DNA of 64,000 nucleotides from the human T2T-CHM13v2.0 reference genome, Homo sapiens, in the NCBI RefSeq assembly GCF_009914755.1, contig NC_060933.1; one strand, written 5' to 3'. Positions 46,050-60,425 of the stretch are shown in pieces. The notes beneath the pieces are model-generated. The model saw nothing but the letters and a program-made list of their open reading frames with translations, was not told where the DNA came from and did not search any database. The stretch's first letter is position 1, and every line of letters begins with the position of its first letter. The position numbers and the translations under genes were made by a program.

Positions 46050-49000
46050 CAATCCATTGGAATTTTATGTGGCCAGGGAGTGAGTCTGGTGGAGGACCTA
46101 CATTAAGTTTGGTGATCAAGACACACACAGTGTGTATTTAGATCTCTGTCATTAGGAAATTAGTATGTATTAAGGTAGCTAAAAGGATGGTCTACAAACA
46201 GCAGGCAAGTAGGGTCAATCTGGGCAGGTGATGTGTTTGTGCATGCATCAGTGTCTTGTTCCCCCTGCTTTTTTTTTTCTTAAGCTCAGCATGAAAAAGT
46301 TAAAAACATTTATTAAGCACCTCCTATATACCCTGAAACTTACTGCAAGATACATATTTATTATCTCCATTTTAAAGCAGAGGAAATGGAGGCTAGAGAT
46401 ATACAGTGACTTGGCCAAGCTCGCATGGCTGGAAGGGGCAGAACTAGGATTTACACCCAGGTCTCTTTGGTACTGAGACACTCCACCTGCTATCTTTATC
46501 TGCCTTTTCATTCAGCCTATGGCTACTTTTCTTTTAAGTAGCCCCTGCTGCCATATTTCTAAGCTGACTTTTCCCCAAACACAGCTCTGAGGAAGTCCAT
46601 GCTGGGCCCAGGCACAAGAAAACTCAATTCCCAGAGGCTAAGATGCTGCTCTTGGTTATAAGCTCTGCTTGGGTGAGCGAGCTCCTGCTTTCTAGTTCTC
46701 TTTCCCTTACCAGCATCTTGTATGACCAGAGTAGGCTTTCTCCAAGAAGACTAGTGTTAGTAATGGCTAAAAAATGAGCAGTGCTTCATACTCACATTCA
46801 TCCTCCATCTGGACTGCAAAGGCTCAAACACTTCATAGCTGTTGCCCTCTTCCAGGTGGGTTCCTGGGTTCTGGTGTAAGCTCTGCCAACTATCTTTGTA
46901 GGCCCTTGGCTCTGCAGCTTCCCTTTTCTGGATCTCAGCTTTCCCATTCGCAGATGGACGGGATCATTGGAGAGCTTCTAAGGGAACAGGCTGAGGCCTC
47001 TTTGGCTTCTGTGTAAACTTCTAAGATCTTACTTAGTCTTTTACATTTTGCTCTGTTAAAAGACTAGTTTCATAAAAACACCCAAAACAAACAACAACTC
47101 CTTCTCTCTCAAACCTTTTTTGGCAGAGGGCATATTTCCTTGTTACAGTGTGAACTGCACCCAAATATAATTGATTATTCTCTACTCTACCCCCAAGAAA
47201 TGGGGAAGATGAATTTAGCTTTAGAGCGATTACTCCTAACCCAGTACAATATTTCCCTACCATGCCCATGAGCTGAGCTCCTAACAGTACATCAGAATGA
47301 AGATGTTTTCCACTCAGGGGACTGTATCTATTTCTGTGATCAATCTCATCCCTCCCCCTCTGACAGAACACTCAATTCTTGGACAATTTCGAGAGCTTGC
47401 TTTAGGGAAAAACCCATTTTCCACTTGACAGCAGAGCTTTCTTTTTGAATCAGCTTTGGATGCTGCAGCCCAGGCAAACAGATTGCTCCCTTTGCTTTAC
47501 CAAATTGTTTTTCTTTTTCCCTTTGCGTATTTTTTTCACAGGCATCCCTGTACCCATCGCTACCCTACCCTCACCTTTGTGCTAACTGGAAGCATTGGCC
47601 TAAGATGGTAAATGAGACATCAAACCAGGAATCGTGTCCTTCCAGGCTGCAAGGAGAGCTGGAAGGTCAGAGGTCTTTGATTCCATTCCTGGCCATCTTG
47701 TCCCTTATGGCTGCACAGTATCTCCTGGCCAGGATGAGGATGTTTTCCTCATCTCCTCTGAAACATCATTAATCAGCTGCCCCTCCCCTATGCCTGCCTG
47801 AGCTTTGGAGGTTTGCAGAGAAGCCTGAAGGTCTACTTTTTGTCCTTGGGAGGGTGTCCCCTTGAGGCAAGTAGATTTGATTGAAAAAAGTGCAAAGTTG
47901 ACCAAGAATGGTCTGCCGAGGCTGCACTGAAATTACTAACATGCTCTCTGTCCCCCACCAAGCCTGGGGCCACCAGCTCTTCCCAATTTGTGCTAACCCC
48001 TGGGGCTTTGCAGATCAAAAATAAATTTGGTTATTTGGTCCTTAGGAGGTTACAAGATAGTCTGGAAAAATACCACTTTCATCGTGGCCTTGCTTTCTCA
48101 AAAATACTCAGTTGTTCCTTGTAATAGTTTTCTATTCTTGTGGAACAAATTATTCCCAAACCTAGCAGCTTGATATAACAATAAACATTTAGTATTTTAC
48201 ACAGTTTCTGAGGACCAGGAATCTGGGACCAGGTTATAGCTGGGTCGTTCTGGCCTCAAGAAAGAATATCCTCACACTTCAGCAGAGGAGACAGGTTTGT
48301 TAATAAACGTGATATCTGTGACTTGTCTTACTGGCTTTGGGGATAAGCATGGTCACAAAAATTTATTAGGAAACATATTTTGAAAGAAATAAGGCATAAA
48401 GAATAATGTAAGGTGGGTATACCTAACCTATTCTAAGAAACAAAGCATTTCCAGTATGGTAGAACCTCCTGTGCATCCCTTTCCTACCACATCCTCCTCT
48501 GTGCCACCTCCTTTCTCAACAAGTAGCCAATTTGCTGAATGAGCTTTTTATCATTCCTGGTCATTTTACTTATACTTTTACTGCACTGGCACATGTGTGT
48601 CCTTAAGCCATGTAAAGCATTGTTTTGCAGGTTTTGAACTACATTAAATTATGTCATACTGCATATATGACATGATTTTTATGCAATTTGCCTTTTTTAA
48701 ATTTACTGTGATATTTTACATGTGAATATCCTTTTTCATCCTTTTTTTATGCCATATAGTATTTCACTATGTGAAAATACCTTAATTTATTAATTCATTC
48801 TCTTGTTGACAGATACTTGGTTTGCTTATCATTTCTTTCAAATTAATTGCATTGCTTATCATTTCTTTCAAATTAATTGCAGAAGCATTCCCTGTCCCAA
48901 TTAGCAGGAAGTTTCCATTGCATCCATGAGGATCCACCTTCCCACTTCCCCCCTCCCCCCACCCTCCACCAAGATGTCCGGGAGTCTCAGTGACTTTCTT

Positions 49001-49626
49001 AGGTTGAAGAGATCAGTTCTGCTCAAGAGTTGAAACAGTCCATGGCTGCCCTTGCTTCTGGATAGTAGTGTTGTGTCACTGCTCATAATTTGTTCTACAC
49101 AGTCCTTTGTGTCCTTATTCCCTGACATGGTGATACTCTTAGAAGAAGAGCTGAGTTTTCTGAGTATGAACAAAAGAGCAGTAACCCAGAGTCTGAGTGT
49201 GGGGCACTGCTGATCCCATGCAGGGCACAGTCATTAAGGGGTTGTTGCAGCAGGGCACAGGGACAGAAATTCCCTGACCAGTGCCCCATCAGCGTGGAGA
49301 ACACTTCTCCAGGCAAACCCATCAATAACTGATCAATAATTGTTTGAACGCTGTGAGATTGGAATGCTGTTGCTGAGGTCTGTAGAAGCACTGCCTTTGG
49401 TGGGTCTGTGGGAGGAGCTTTATTTTATTTATATATATATTTATTTATTTTTGAGATGGAGTTTCACTCTTGTCGCCCAGGCTGGAGTACAATGGCGCAA
49501 TCTCGGCTCACTGCAACCTAGGAGGACCTTTATTTTTCACTAACATTTCCTCTGTACTTTAGTTTCCTTATCTGTAAAGAGTGTTACCCTATGTGATGAA
49601 GAAAACCATTGTTACTGATTATTTAG

Positions 49627-49990
<364 letters not shown>

Positions 49991-50653
49991 CCCCCTGGGC
50001 AGTAATTCTTGCTGGGTTTCCCTGACAGGTGACTGCTCAGCCCAGATGTCTCCAATGGAAGGCATGGCCAAAACACTGCTCTTGGAACAAGAAGTGGACC
50101 TTCAGGTTCTCCATCTGTTAAGTTCAGGGAAAACCACCTCTCTCTCCCCACAGAACTGTTTTGAAGGTGAAATGAGACAATGAACTTGAAAGTGCTTGAG
50201 AAGGTGGAGTGGGTAGAGTGAGGGTGAGGCTGTCATTATCTTTGGAGGTAGCACATCCTGTTATTGGACAACTCTGATTTTACAGACATCTGAGTCAGGC
50301 CCTGATGCCCACAGCCCTCTGAAGCTCTGCTTGGAAGACTGCACAGCCTTTTGGGAATTTGAAGACGCTCAGCATGTTCAGAATATCCCCCAATTTGTTT
50401 ATGGAACAAATTTCCCTAGTTCCTTAATATGTGACTTTATGATCTACAATTTCCATAAAACAGAAGAAGGTTGTGGAACATAAACTGCTTACAAAAGTAT
50501 AAAATGTCACATAATTCTAAGGTGATACCATTGTGACCATTGTTATTGTCACAGCAGTGAAAATGACAACCTCCCCTATTGGGAGCAGAGGTGGCTGATG
50601 ACTTCCATGTCCCTAAATCCAGGGAATACCTTTCAGTCCTCTGGTCACACTTA

Positions 50654-50952
50654 TTTTTTTTGAGATAGGGTTTTGCTCTGTTGCCCAGGTTGGAGTGCAG
50701 TGATGTGATCACAGCTCACTGCAGTCTCAATTTCCCCAGACTCAGGTGATCCTTCTGCCCCAGCCTCCCGAGTAGCTGGGACTACAGGCATGTGTCCCCA
50801 CACCTGGCTAATATTTGTATATATATATTTTTTTGAAGAGACGGGGTTTCATCATGTTGCCCGGGGCTGGTCTTGAACTCTTGGGCTCAAGTGATCCTCC
50901 CTCTTTGGCCTCCCGAAGTGCTGGGATTACAGGCATGAGCCTCTGCACCCAT
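50654..50952 (-). mobile_element. AluJ
   Basis: Flanks share tggtcaca. Confidence 0.85.
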
Positions 50953-52004
50953 CTTGGTCACATTTCTTGACACCTGCTCTTCTCTTGGCTCTTTTGACAC
51001 TCCTGGGTTTCTTGCCATCTCACTGGCAGCTCCTTCTGAGCCTCCTTTCCTGTCTCTTCTTTTTCAGATCAGCCCTTAAATGTTGTGGTTTTCAGGGTTT
51101 ATATCCTGGACCCTCTATTCTTCTCCTCACACCATCCCAGGAAGCTCACTTTAGCTCATCCATTCCGGTGGCTTCTATTACCATTCATATACTGCTGACT
51201 TCCAAAGTCATCAAGTCCACATTTCTCCCCTGGGTGTAAGGCCTAGAGCTCCAACTGTCTGCTAAACACCTCAATTGGGATGTCTTATGGGCACTCCCCA
51301 TCCTCCTCCCTCAACCCCCAAACCTCCCCTTTCTGCTACATCCTGTATCACAGTGAAAGTCCCCACCATTTGCCCAGTGGCCCAAGCCAAAAACCTGGGA
51401 ATCATTCTTGACCTTTTCCTTGCCTTCTATCCTACATGTAAAAAAGCACCGAGTCCTGTCAATACCATCTGTTTCTCTATTCCCACTGCCAGGACCTCTG
51501 TGTAGGATGTCAACAGGTCATCTGCTGCCATAGTCCCTTATCTGGTTTCTCTGCCTCTAATATTGCCCATGTCTGATTCAGTTTCTACACTCCAGCCGAA
51601 GAGACCTTTCTAAAGTGCAATCAGATCGTGGGGATTTCTGGCTAGATAGTTTTCTTCATTCTCCCTACCCCTCTTCCCGCCCCCACCACAAAAACTTGAA
51701 TTCTGGAGGCACATGGAAGGAGAGGGAAGCATGGAGATGCTGAAGAAATAGCACAAAACCTGTGGGAAAACTCTGGGGTACTGCAGGGGAAGGAATCTTA
51801 ACTCAGAAGGAAATGTGAGCCAGAGACAGATGGGGATGGATGGGGAGCCTCACCAGGGGACAGGCATGACTCCTACTCTTTCCTCTATCCCATGCATTGC
51901 TTCAGGGCATCAGTGCCTGCCTGGCATAACTGTGACATGGAAAAGTATGTGAGCACTTTGGATTATCACTACAGTTGAAACCAAGAACAAGCAATGTGAG
52001 ATTG

Positions 52005-52408
52005 TTATGGGTGCATTGTATCCCCAGTTCGCATGTTGACATCCTAACCGCCAGAACCTCAGAATGGGACTGTATTTGGAGACAAGGTCTTTACAGAGGT
52101 AATTAAATTAAATAAGGTCACTAAATTGGTCCCTAATATAATGTGACTGTTATCTGTATAGGAAGAGGAGATTAGGACACATATAGGTACAGAGACAAGA
52201 CATTGTAAAGACACGGGGAGTGTAGCCATCCACAAGCCAAAAGGATCACAAGAATTGTGAGAAAATAAATTTCTACTGTTGTTGGATGACTCTGATTTTA
52301 CAAACATCTGAGCCTTCAGAATTGTGAGAAAATAAATTTCTATTCTTTAAGACATCCAGTCTGGTGTGTGTGTGTTTCTTTTTTAATGGCACCCTAGCAA
52401 ATTAGTAT
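52005..52408 (+). mobile_element. MLT1A/B-type MaLR LTR, rearranged internally
   Basis: cctcagaatgggactgtatttggagacaaggtcttt..., gtgagaaaataaatttc, atggcaccctagcaaa. Confidence 0.8.
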
Positions 52409-52420
52409 AAAAGTGTGTGA

Positions 52421-53034
<614 letters not shown>

Positions 53035-53049
53035 AGGAAGAGGCAAAAC

Positions 53050-55120
53050 TATCATTATTTGTAAGTGCTATAGTAATCTGCATAGAAAGCCAACTGAATC
53101 GGCAGACTCTGTTTTAGAACTGATAAGAGGATACAACAAGATTTCCAGATACAAGATCAACTACTAAAAACTAATAGCATGTGTCCATACCAGAAAATAC
53201 AGAACCAACCATCAAACCTAAGAAAATAAAATGCCATTCACAGTAGCAAGAGAAACTAAATATACCTAGCCATTAATTTATCAAGGAGTGAAGAAGTTCT
53301 CTATGGAAGAAAAATTTAAATTCAATCAAAGGACATAAAAGGAAGTTTTGAGTAAGTGAAGAGATATTTCATGTTTGTGATAGAATAACAGAACCTTGTA
53401 AAAATGTCAATTTTCTTCAAAGTAATCTATAAATTTGATATAATTGAATTAGAGTTCCAGATGGCTATGTTGATAAACTTGACAAATATTCTAAAATTAA
53501 TAAATATAAAGGTCCACAAATAGCTGAGCCAGCTTTTAAAAAGAGGAGGGACTTGTCTTCTAGATATTAAGATATATTACGGGGTCACAGTAATAGAAGA
53601 ATTGTGTGGTTCTGATGGAAGGACAGGAAAATAGATGAATAGATAAGATAGCTCAGAGACAGACCACACATACATGGGAACTTGACATATGATAAATATG
53701 GTATCATGCATTAATGGGAAAGGTCTCACTGACTTGCAGATGGCTTTGAAAAACTGGGTGACTATGTCTATCAAATTATACCTAGAAACCTACTTTATCC
53801 AGAATATAAAAGTAGAGCATAAATTAAAGACTTAAATGTCAAAGGTTAAACAATAAATCTGATAAGAAACACTATAGGGCCCGGTGTGGTGGCTCATGTC
53901 TATATTCCCAGCACTTTGGGGGGCCGAGGCGGGCAGATCACTTGAGGTCAGGAGTTTGAGACCAGACATTATAGGGAAATATTTTTATAACCGAGGAATG
54001 ATAAAGTCTTCTCAAATAATACCTCCCAAACACAAAGCACGACATAAAAGTGGATTTTATTAAAAGTTACGGATTTCTAATCAACAGAATTAGGTAATTA
54101 TAACCCAATAGGATGAATAACCACTGGTTATAGACCAGTGGTTCTCACCTGGGACCAATTTTGCCCCCCACCCCTCAGGATGTTTGGCAATGTCTGGAGA
54201 CATTTTTGGTTGTCACAACTGGGTGGGGGGTGCTACTGGCAAATCTGTCAGGTAGAGGCCAGAAATGCTGCTAAACATTCTCCAATGTGCAGGATACCTC
54301 ACAACTAGTAATTATCTGGCCAAATATTAATAATGTTGAGATTGAGAAACCATGCTATAGATGGATGCCATATGCAGACTCCAAGTTTAAAATCCACATG
54401 TAACCTAATCCTAGACTACACAAAGAAGTCCTATAAATCGTCCAGAAAAAGGCAGGGAACCCGAAAGAAAAGTAGTCAAAGTATACAAATAGCAATTCAC
54501 AGAAGGGGAAACACAAATAGCTCATAAGTATATGAAGAGATGCTCAAACTCAATAATTAGATACATATAAACACAATAGTGAATTATTACTTTACATTCA
54601 CTAGCCTGGCAAAAATGAGAAAGTTGGATAATGCCAAATGTTGGCAGGGATGGAAAGGAACTGGGAGCCCCTGTATACCACTGTTGAGGATGTAGACCAA
54701 TGCAGGAGTTTTGAAGAGCCATCAGGGAGAATTTATTCAAGATATCGTGTCCATACGAAGGATCCAGCAATCTCACTGATGAGCATCCCCAGCCCTGCTA
54801 CATAGCTCCAAAAGGGGACATCGTCAAGCATGTTCATTGTGGCATTGTTTTTGGTGGCAGGACATTGGAGTTCCCTAGGGTCCTCCACTAGGGGAATGGA
54901 AAAGTAAATATGGTGTAGGCATATACTAAAATACTATGCAACAGTCAGAATCCATCTACTTGATATACATGCACCAACATGGATAGGCCTTAAACAATTG
55001 TAAGAATTAAATGAAATCAATTAGAATCATAGCTGGCACACAAGTTAACTTTGAATAATACCTTTGCACATGCCAGTTAGATAAATTTAAAATACATGTC
55101 TATATGTTTTTGCTAGAACA
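53050..55120 (+). mobile_element. Old L1M (ORF2 to 3' UTR) with MER20 and a partial Alu inserted
   Basis: L1 hallmarks (gatacaagatcaac, atgccattcacagtagca, atgaagagatgctcaa). Confidence 0.75.
54136..54354. mobile_element. MER20 hAT transposon
   Basis: cagtggttctca...tttggcaatgtctggagacatttttggttgtcacaactgg...ttgagaaacc; 8-bp TSD-like ttatagac/ctatagat. Confidence 0.85.
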
Positions 55121-55131
55121 TGCACCTGTGG

Positions 55132-55431
55132 TTTTTTTTTTTTTTTGGAGGGGAGTCTCACTCTGTTGCCTAGGCTGGAGTGCAGTGGCGTGATCTCGGC
55201 TCACTGCAAGCTCTGCTTCCCAGGTTCACACTATTCTCCTGCCTCAGTCTCCTGAGTAGCTGGGACCACAGGTGCCTGCCACCACGCCTGGCTAATTTTG
55301 TTTTTGTATTCTTAGTAGAGACGGGGTTTCACTGTGTTAGCCAGGATGGTCTTGATCTCCTGACCTTGTGATCCGCCTGCCTCGGCCTCCCAAAGTGCTG
55401 GGATTACAGGCGTGAGCCACCACGCCTGGCC
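55132..55431 (-). mobile_element. AluY
   Basis: Y diagnostics. Confidence 0.88.
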
Positions 55432-55571
55432 TGTGTGTTGTAAATTTACCTAAATTCCTTCTATGCCTTGTTTACTCAGTACTATGCTATCGGTGAACAC
55501 TTAGATAGTATGCCAGGGACTATTTTCATTACTCACCTCCTCATGCCCCCACAAGAAACTAGATTAATAAG

Positions 55572-55609
<38 letters not shown>

Positions 55610-55614
55610 TATAG

Positions 55615-55645
<31 letters not shown>

Positions 55646-55663
55646 GTGTGTTTGTGTGTGTGT
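55572..55663. repeat. Compound (TA)n(CA)n(TA)n(TG)n microsatellite
   Basis: Seen directly in the sequence. Confidence 0.9.
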
Positions 55664-55694
55664 AATAAAAATTAATTAAAGCAGGAGAGAAGCA

Positions 55695-56065
55695 TTCATT
55701 AGTCTGCTTGGGCTGCCATCACAAGATACCATAGGCTGGGTGTCTTAAACCAGACATTTATTTTCTCATGGTTCTGGAGGCTGGAATTCCAAGATCAAAG
55801 TGTCAGCAGGGTTGGTTTCTCCTGAGACCTCTGTCCTTGGCTTGTAGGTAGATGGCCACCTTCTCCCTGTGTCCTCACATGGCATTTTCTCTTGTGGCTT
55901 GCTGCTGTCTTCTTTTTCTTATAAGGACACCAGTCCTTTTGGATCAGGACCCCACTTTATAACTTTAACATTAATTACCCTCTTTAGAGGCTCTGTCTCC
56001 AAATACAGTCACTTTGATGATTAGGGATTCAACAAATGAACTTTACAAGGACACAATTCAGCCCA
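55695..56065 (-). mobile_element. MLT1A-type MaLR LTR
   Basis: gggctgccatcacaa..catttattttctca..ttctggaggctgg..ctccaaatacagtcac. Confidence 0.8.
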
Positions 56066-56317
56066 CACAGCCCGACTGGTGTTGAAGAGGACATGGGGAG
56101 GGCTCTGGGATGCTTCTTGCGTTCTGTTTCTTGATCCAAGTGCTCATTACACAGGTGTGTTTAGCTGGTGAAAATTCACTGTACAGTGAGGATTTGTAGA
56201 CTTTTTTTGTAGGTATGTTATCCTTCATTGAAAGCCTTAAAAAGAATTGAATTGTAGCCACTGCTTTCTCTGCATTTACTGATATGTTTATATAGGTTTT
56301 CTACTTTGGTCTTTTAC

Positions 56318-56709
56318 TCTAGTACTTTGCTGGGGCTGCCCTACCAAAGTTCCACAGACTGAGTGGCTTAAAGAACAGACATTTATTTTCTCCTGGTTCT
56401 GGTGGCTGGACGTCTGAAGATCAAGGTGTCAGCAGGATTGGTTTCTTCTGAGGCCTCTCTCTTTGGCTTGTAGATGATTGTCTTCTCCCTGTGTCCTCAC
56501 ACGGTGTTTCCTCTGCAGATATCTATGCCTCTGCCCAAATTTCCTCTTCTTACAAGGACACCAGTCAGATTAGGGCCCACCCTAATAACCTCACTTTAAC
56601 TTAATTACCACTTTAAAGACTCTATCTCCAAATACAGTCATATTCTGAGGTACTGGGTGTTAGAACCTCAACATATGAATTCTGGGGGGACATAATTCAG
56701 CTCAGAACA
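56318..56709 (-). mobile_element. MLT1A/B-type MaLR LTR
   Basis: Same consensus motifs as 55695-56065. Confidence 0.8.
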
Positions 56710-58358
56710 GGTATCTTATATTGAAATATTCTTGTGGTACTACTATCATGAGGTATTTTATGCATTGCTGAATTCAAATTGCTAGCATTTTGTATAAGAT
56801 AAAAATAAGCTATGGCCACATTGAAATTTGTCTCACATTTTATTTTATGATGCCATCCCTGTCAGGTTTAAGCATCAAGGTTATAATAGCTTTAAAATGA
56901 GATAGGTAATTTTTGCTCTTTGTTCTATTCTGCAAAACAACTATTGTAATTTCATTTTATGTGTGTCTTGGAGGCTTGCTGAAACTGAACAGTAAAACTC
57001 TTTTACCTCAAACAAAAAGTAAATCAAAATGGGAAAAGAGAAGGGGAGGGAGGCACGCACAAAAGTAGATGAATGGCACCATGAGTGTATTTTCTGTCCA
57101 ATTCCCACCCCGTCCAAACACATAAAGGAGCAAACAAAACAAGTTGCATCAAGCCACTCTCCTGCTCAAACTTTCCAGTTGCTCCCTATTGCCCTCTGGA
57201 AAGAGCCCACTCTTTACCATAGACCCCCTCAACCTGAAACAGCTTTTATCTCCCTTCTGCACTTTCGTTTTGTTTTCTGAAACAGGGTCTTGCTCTGTTG
57301 CCCAGGCTGAGTGCAGTGGCATGATCATGGCTCACTGTAGCCTTGACCTTCTGGGTTCAAGCAATCCTTCCTCCTTGGCTTCCTGTGTGGCTTGGACTAT
57401 AGACATGTGCCATCACACCTAGCCCCTTCTGTACTTTTGATTGGAACACTGTCCTACTTCCTAAATGCTCCCCAGGTGAACTCCTCTTCCTCTTTCAGTT
57501 TATCTCAGATAGCACCTCCTCCGTGGAGCCCCCCCACCCACCCAGGCTTCTCCCACCCTACCCGACTCTAGTCCCAACTAGAGGTCCTCCTCTTGGCTCC
57601 TCCTACTCTTTATGCTGTCCCAGTCTCAGCCCTCCCCTCTCCATTGTTCTTGTTGCTGGGAACCCTTTTATGGCCCGGCAGGGGTGTTGTGGGCTCCAGT
57701 CAAACTCTGCAGGATGGATGACAATCTGACTCAGTGGGTGAGACTCACAGACTCACATCATGGAAACAGCCTTTCCCTAATTAAACATGGAAAGAAATGG
57801 AAGTCAGCCTTTGCTTTGATGACCAAAACTTTTTCAAGAAGGTAGTGGCTCTCATAATTACATCTAGAGTTAAACACTACACAAGTTTGTATTTAGGAGT
57901 GAGGTGGACTTGGGTGGGTGAGGCATGCAGCCCCCTCTCTCTTCTCTTACAGCTCAGAGTGACAGGAGGTGTCTTCTTCTCTTGCTCCTGGGCTGCCTGA
58001 GACAGGCTCACTCACTCCCAAGGGAGGATTTAGAGTCTCTAAACTTAGCATTACCTCCCCTCCCTTCTTTTAGCCTTGAATGGGCTTGTTTGAAAGACCA
58101 TCTGGCTCTTTTTTTGAGCCCCTGGGACATTTGCCCTTGGAAGAGAGCTTGGTTGTATCCTGGGGATATTTGAGAACAGCACTACTCCTACATTGTGTAC
58201 CAGCGAAATAGAGACACAGATAGGGGAAGCGCTTAAAGTTCCTCCAGTGCTGGCAGAGGCTCTTGCTACCAATAGGTGCTGTTCTGGCAGTGTGTGTTCT
58301 AGGGCAGGTGTGCTTCCTGGGCTACCATTTTCCCATCTTCATCCTACCTCTGCCCTCC

Positions 58359-58815
58359 TGCTGTGGACTGAGTTGTGTCCCTCCCCAATTCAAAAGTTGT
58401 AACCCTAACCCCCAAGGTGACTGTATTTGGAGACAAGCCCTTTACAGAAGTAATTAAGGCTAAATGACGTCATAAGGGCAGAGCCCTGATCCAAAAGGAT
58501 TTTAGGGTGCTTAAGAGATACTAGAGAGCTTTCTCTCTCTCTCTCTCTCTTTCCTCTCTCTCTTCTCTCTCTCTCTCTTTCTCTCCTCTTCTCTCTCTCT
58601 TCTTTCTCTCTTCTCTCTCTCTCCTCGCACCATATGAAGACACAGCAAGAAGGTGGCCATCTGCAAGCCAGGAAGGGAGCCCTCATCAGGACCCGACCAT
58701 GCTGAAACCCTGGCCTCAGACTTCTAGTTTGCAGAGCTGTGAGAAAATAAATGTCTGTTGTTTAGGTCACCCAGCCCATGGTATTTTGTTATGACAGCCT
58801 GAGCTGAAAAATACA
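58359..58815 (+). mobile_element. MLT1/MST-type MaLR LTR with an internal (CT)n tract (58530-58625)
   Basis: gtgactgtatttggaga..., ctgtgagaaaataaatgtctgttgttt, ggtattttgttat. Confidence 0.8.
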
Positions 58816-60084
58816 TCTCTCAATCCTGATAGACCTGCTCTTCCCCTTATCTCAGACTGCTTTACCTGTCTAATCCTCTGTCTCCTTTTTCTCCCTAAAA
58901 TCCTAGATGTTGGCATTCTTCAAGGTTTTGCCCCTTACACCATGCCCTTCCTTCTCCCCTTTCCTGTTCCCACTCTTCCCTCTTTCTTCTCTTTTCTATA
59001 CTCTGGCTTTCACATCTTCAGTTCTAGCCTCACTGTAGGTAATATCTTCATTACTTCTCTCCTGACTCCTATCTGGCATTTCCAGCCACCTCCTGAAGTT
59101 TTCTACCTGGGTTTCCTTTCATCAAAGATGGTGTCCTCTCCACTCTCCCCAACCAGAAAATTCATGGCCCTCCTGACTTCCTTGTTTACATCCTTGACAC
59201 CCCACTCCCCCTGCCTTCTAATAAATTTCCAAGTCATCTTTGGTCTGCCATGCCTCCTTTCTGGACCAGGGAAGAGGGGGTGTGAGTTGCAGCCTTAGGG
59301 AGTGGTTAGCAAACCTGGTCGCATAGTCAAAAAGCACCTGCAGGAGTGGCCTCTGTGAGTCATGAAACCACAGGGGCCCCACCTCTTGTGTTTTTCTTGG
59401 AATCGGGTGTGTGGGTGTGAGCGCCCTCTCACGAAGACCTCTGCAGGGTTGCATCCTCAAAGGAGGGCAACAGCTGACCTGTGCAGAGCGCTTTGCAGTT
59501 TACAAAGCACTTTCACATACCTTGACTCATTTCCACCCTACGACAACTCCATGAGGCGGGATTATTGTTCCGCATCAAGAGCTGAAGGGACTGAGAGTGA
59601 CTTGCCCAAGGTCAGCGCTAGAAGGTGGCCAAACTGGGACTCAAATCTGGTTATCCTGCTCACAGACAGAGGAATTCCCTGGGCACCTCTCACTGCTAGG
59701 CCCTTGACATTGGCTCTCTCAATACGTGAGGAAAGTTGAGGCTCAGCTAAGTGGGATGATTTGCTTAGGATCTCCAGTGGGTGAGTGCTGCCCTGAGGCT
59801 CTGAACCCATGTGGATCTGACTCCAAAGCCAGTGTATGCATGACTTCACTAGGTGCATGGCCTCCCAAATCCCAGGGCTTCCCATTAACCCAGAGGGACT
59901 TCCTGATGGGTATTGAGCCGTGGCTTGTCATCTTGTTGAAGTGGCTTCCAGCCTGGAGAGTCATCATCTCCGTCATCACCCTCATGTTTGGCACTATTTA
60001 TTGAGTGCTTACCATATGCCAAGCACTGTGTCTGATGCATTATATACTTGATCCCTGCGTTGATGCATATAATGATGCAAATTC

Positions 60085-60425
60085 ATCTGCTGAAGTCCTA
60101 CTGTCCAGTATTTCAGAATGTGACTATATTTGGAGATAGAGTCTTTAGAGAGGTAATCAAGTTAAAGTCACCACGATGGGTCCTAATCCAATGTGACTAG
60201 GGTCCTTAAAAGGAAATCTGGACACAGACACATACTGAGGGGAGACCATGTGCAGACATGAAGAGAAGGTGATCATCTATAAGCCAAGGAGAGAGGCCAT
60301 GGAAGAAACCAACTCTACTGATACCTTGATCTGGAACTTCTAGCCTCCAGAACTGTGGGGAAATGCATTTCTGTTTAAGCCACTCAGTCTGTGGTACTTT
60401 TTTATGGCAGCCCTAGCAAATGATA
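60085..60425 (+). mobile_element. MLT1A-type MaLR LTR
   Basis: cagaatgtgactatatttggagata..., agcctccagaactgtg, atggcagccctagcaaa. Confidence 0.8.

Noticed and set aside
55695-56709. Two similar ~380-bp segments resembling a local duplication
   Set aside because: Both are MLT1-type LTRs; the similarity is explained by family consensus
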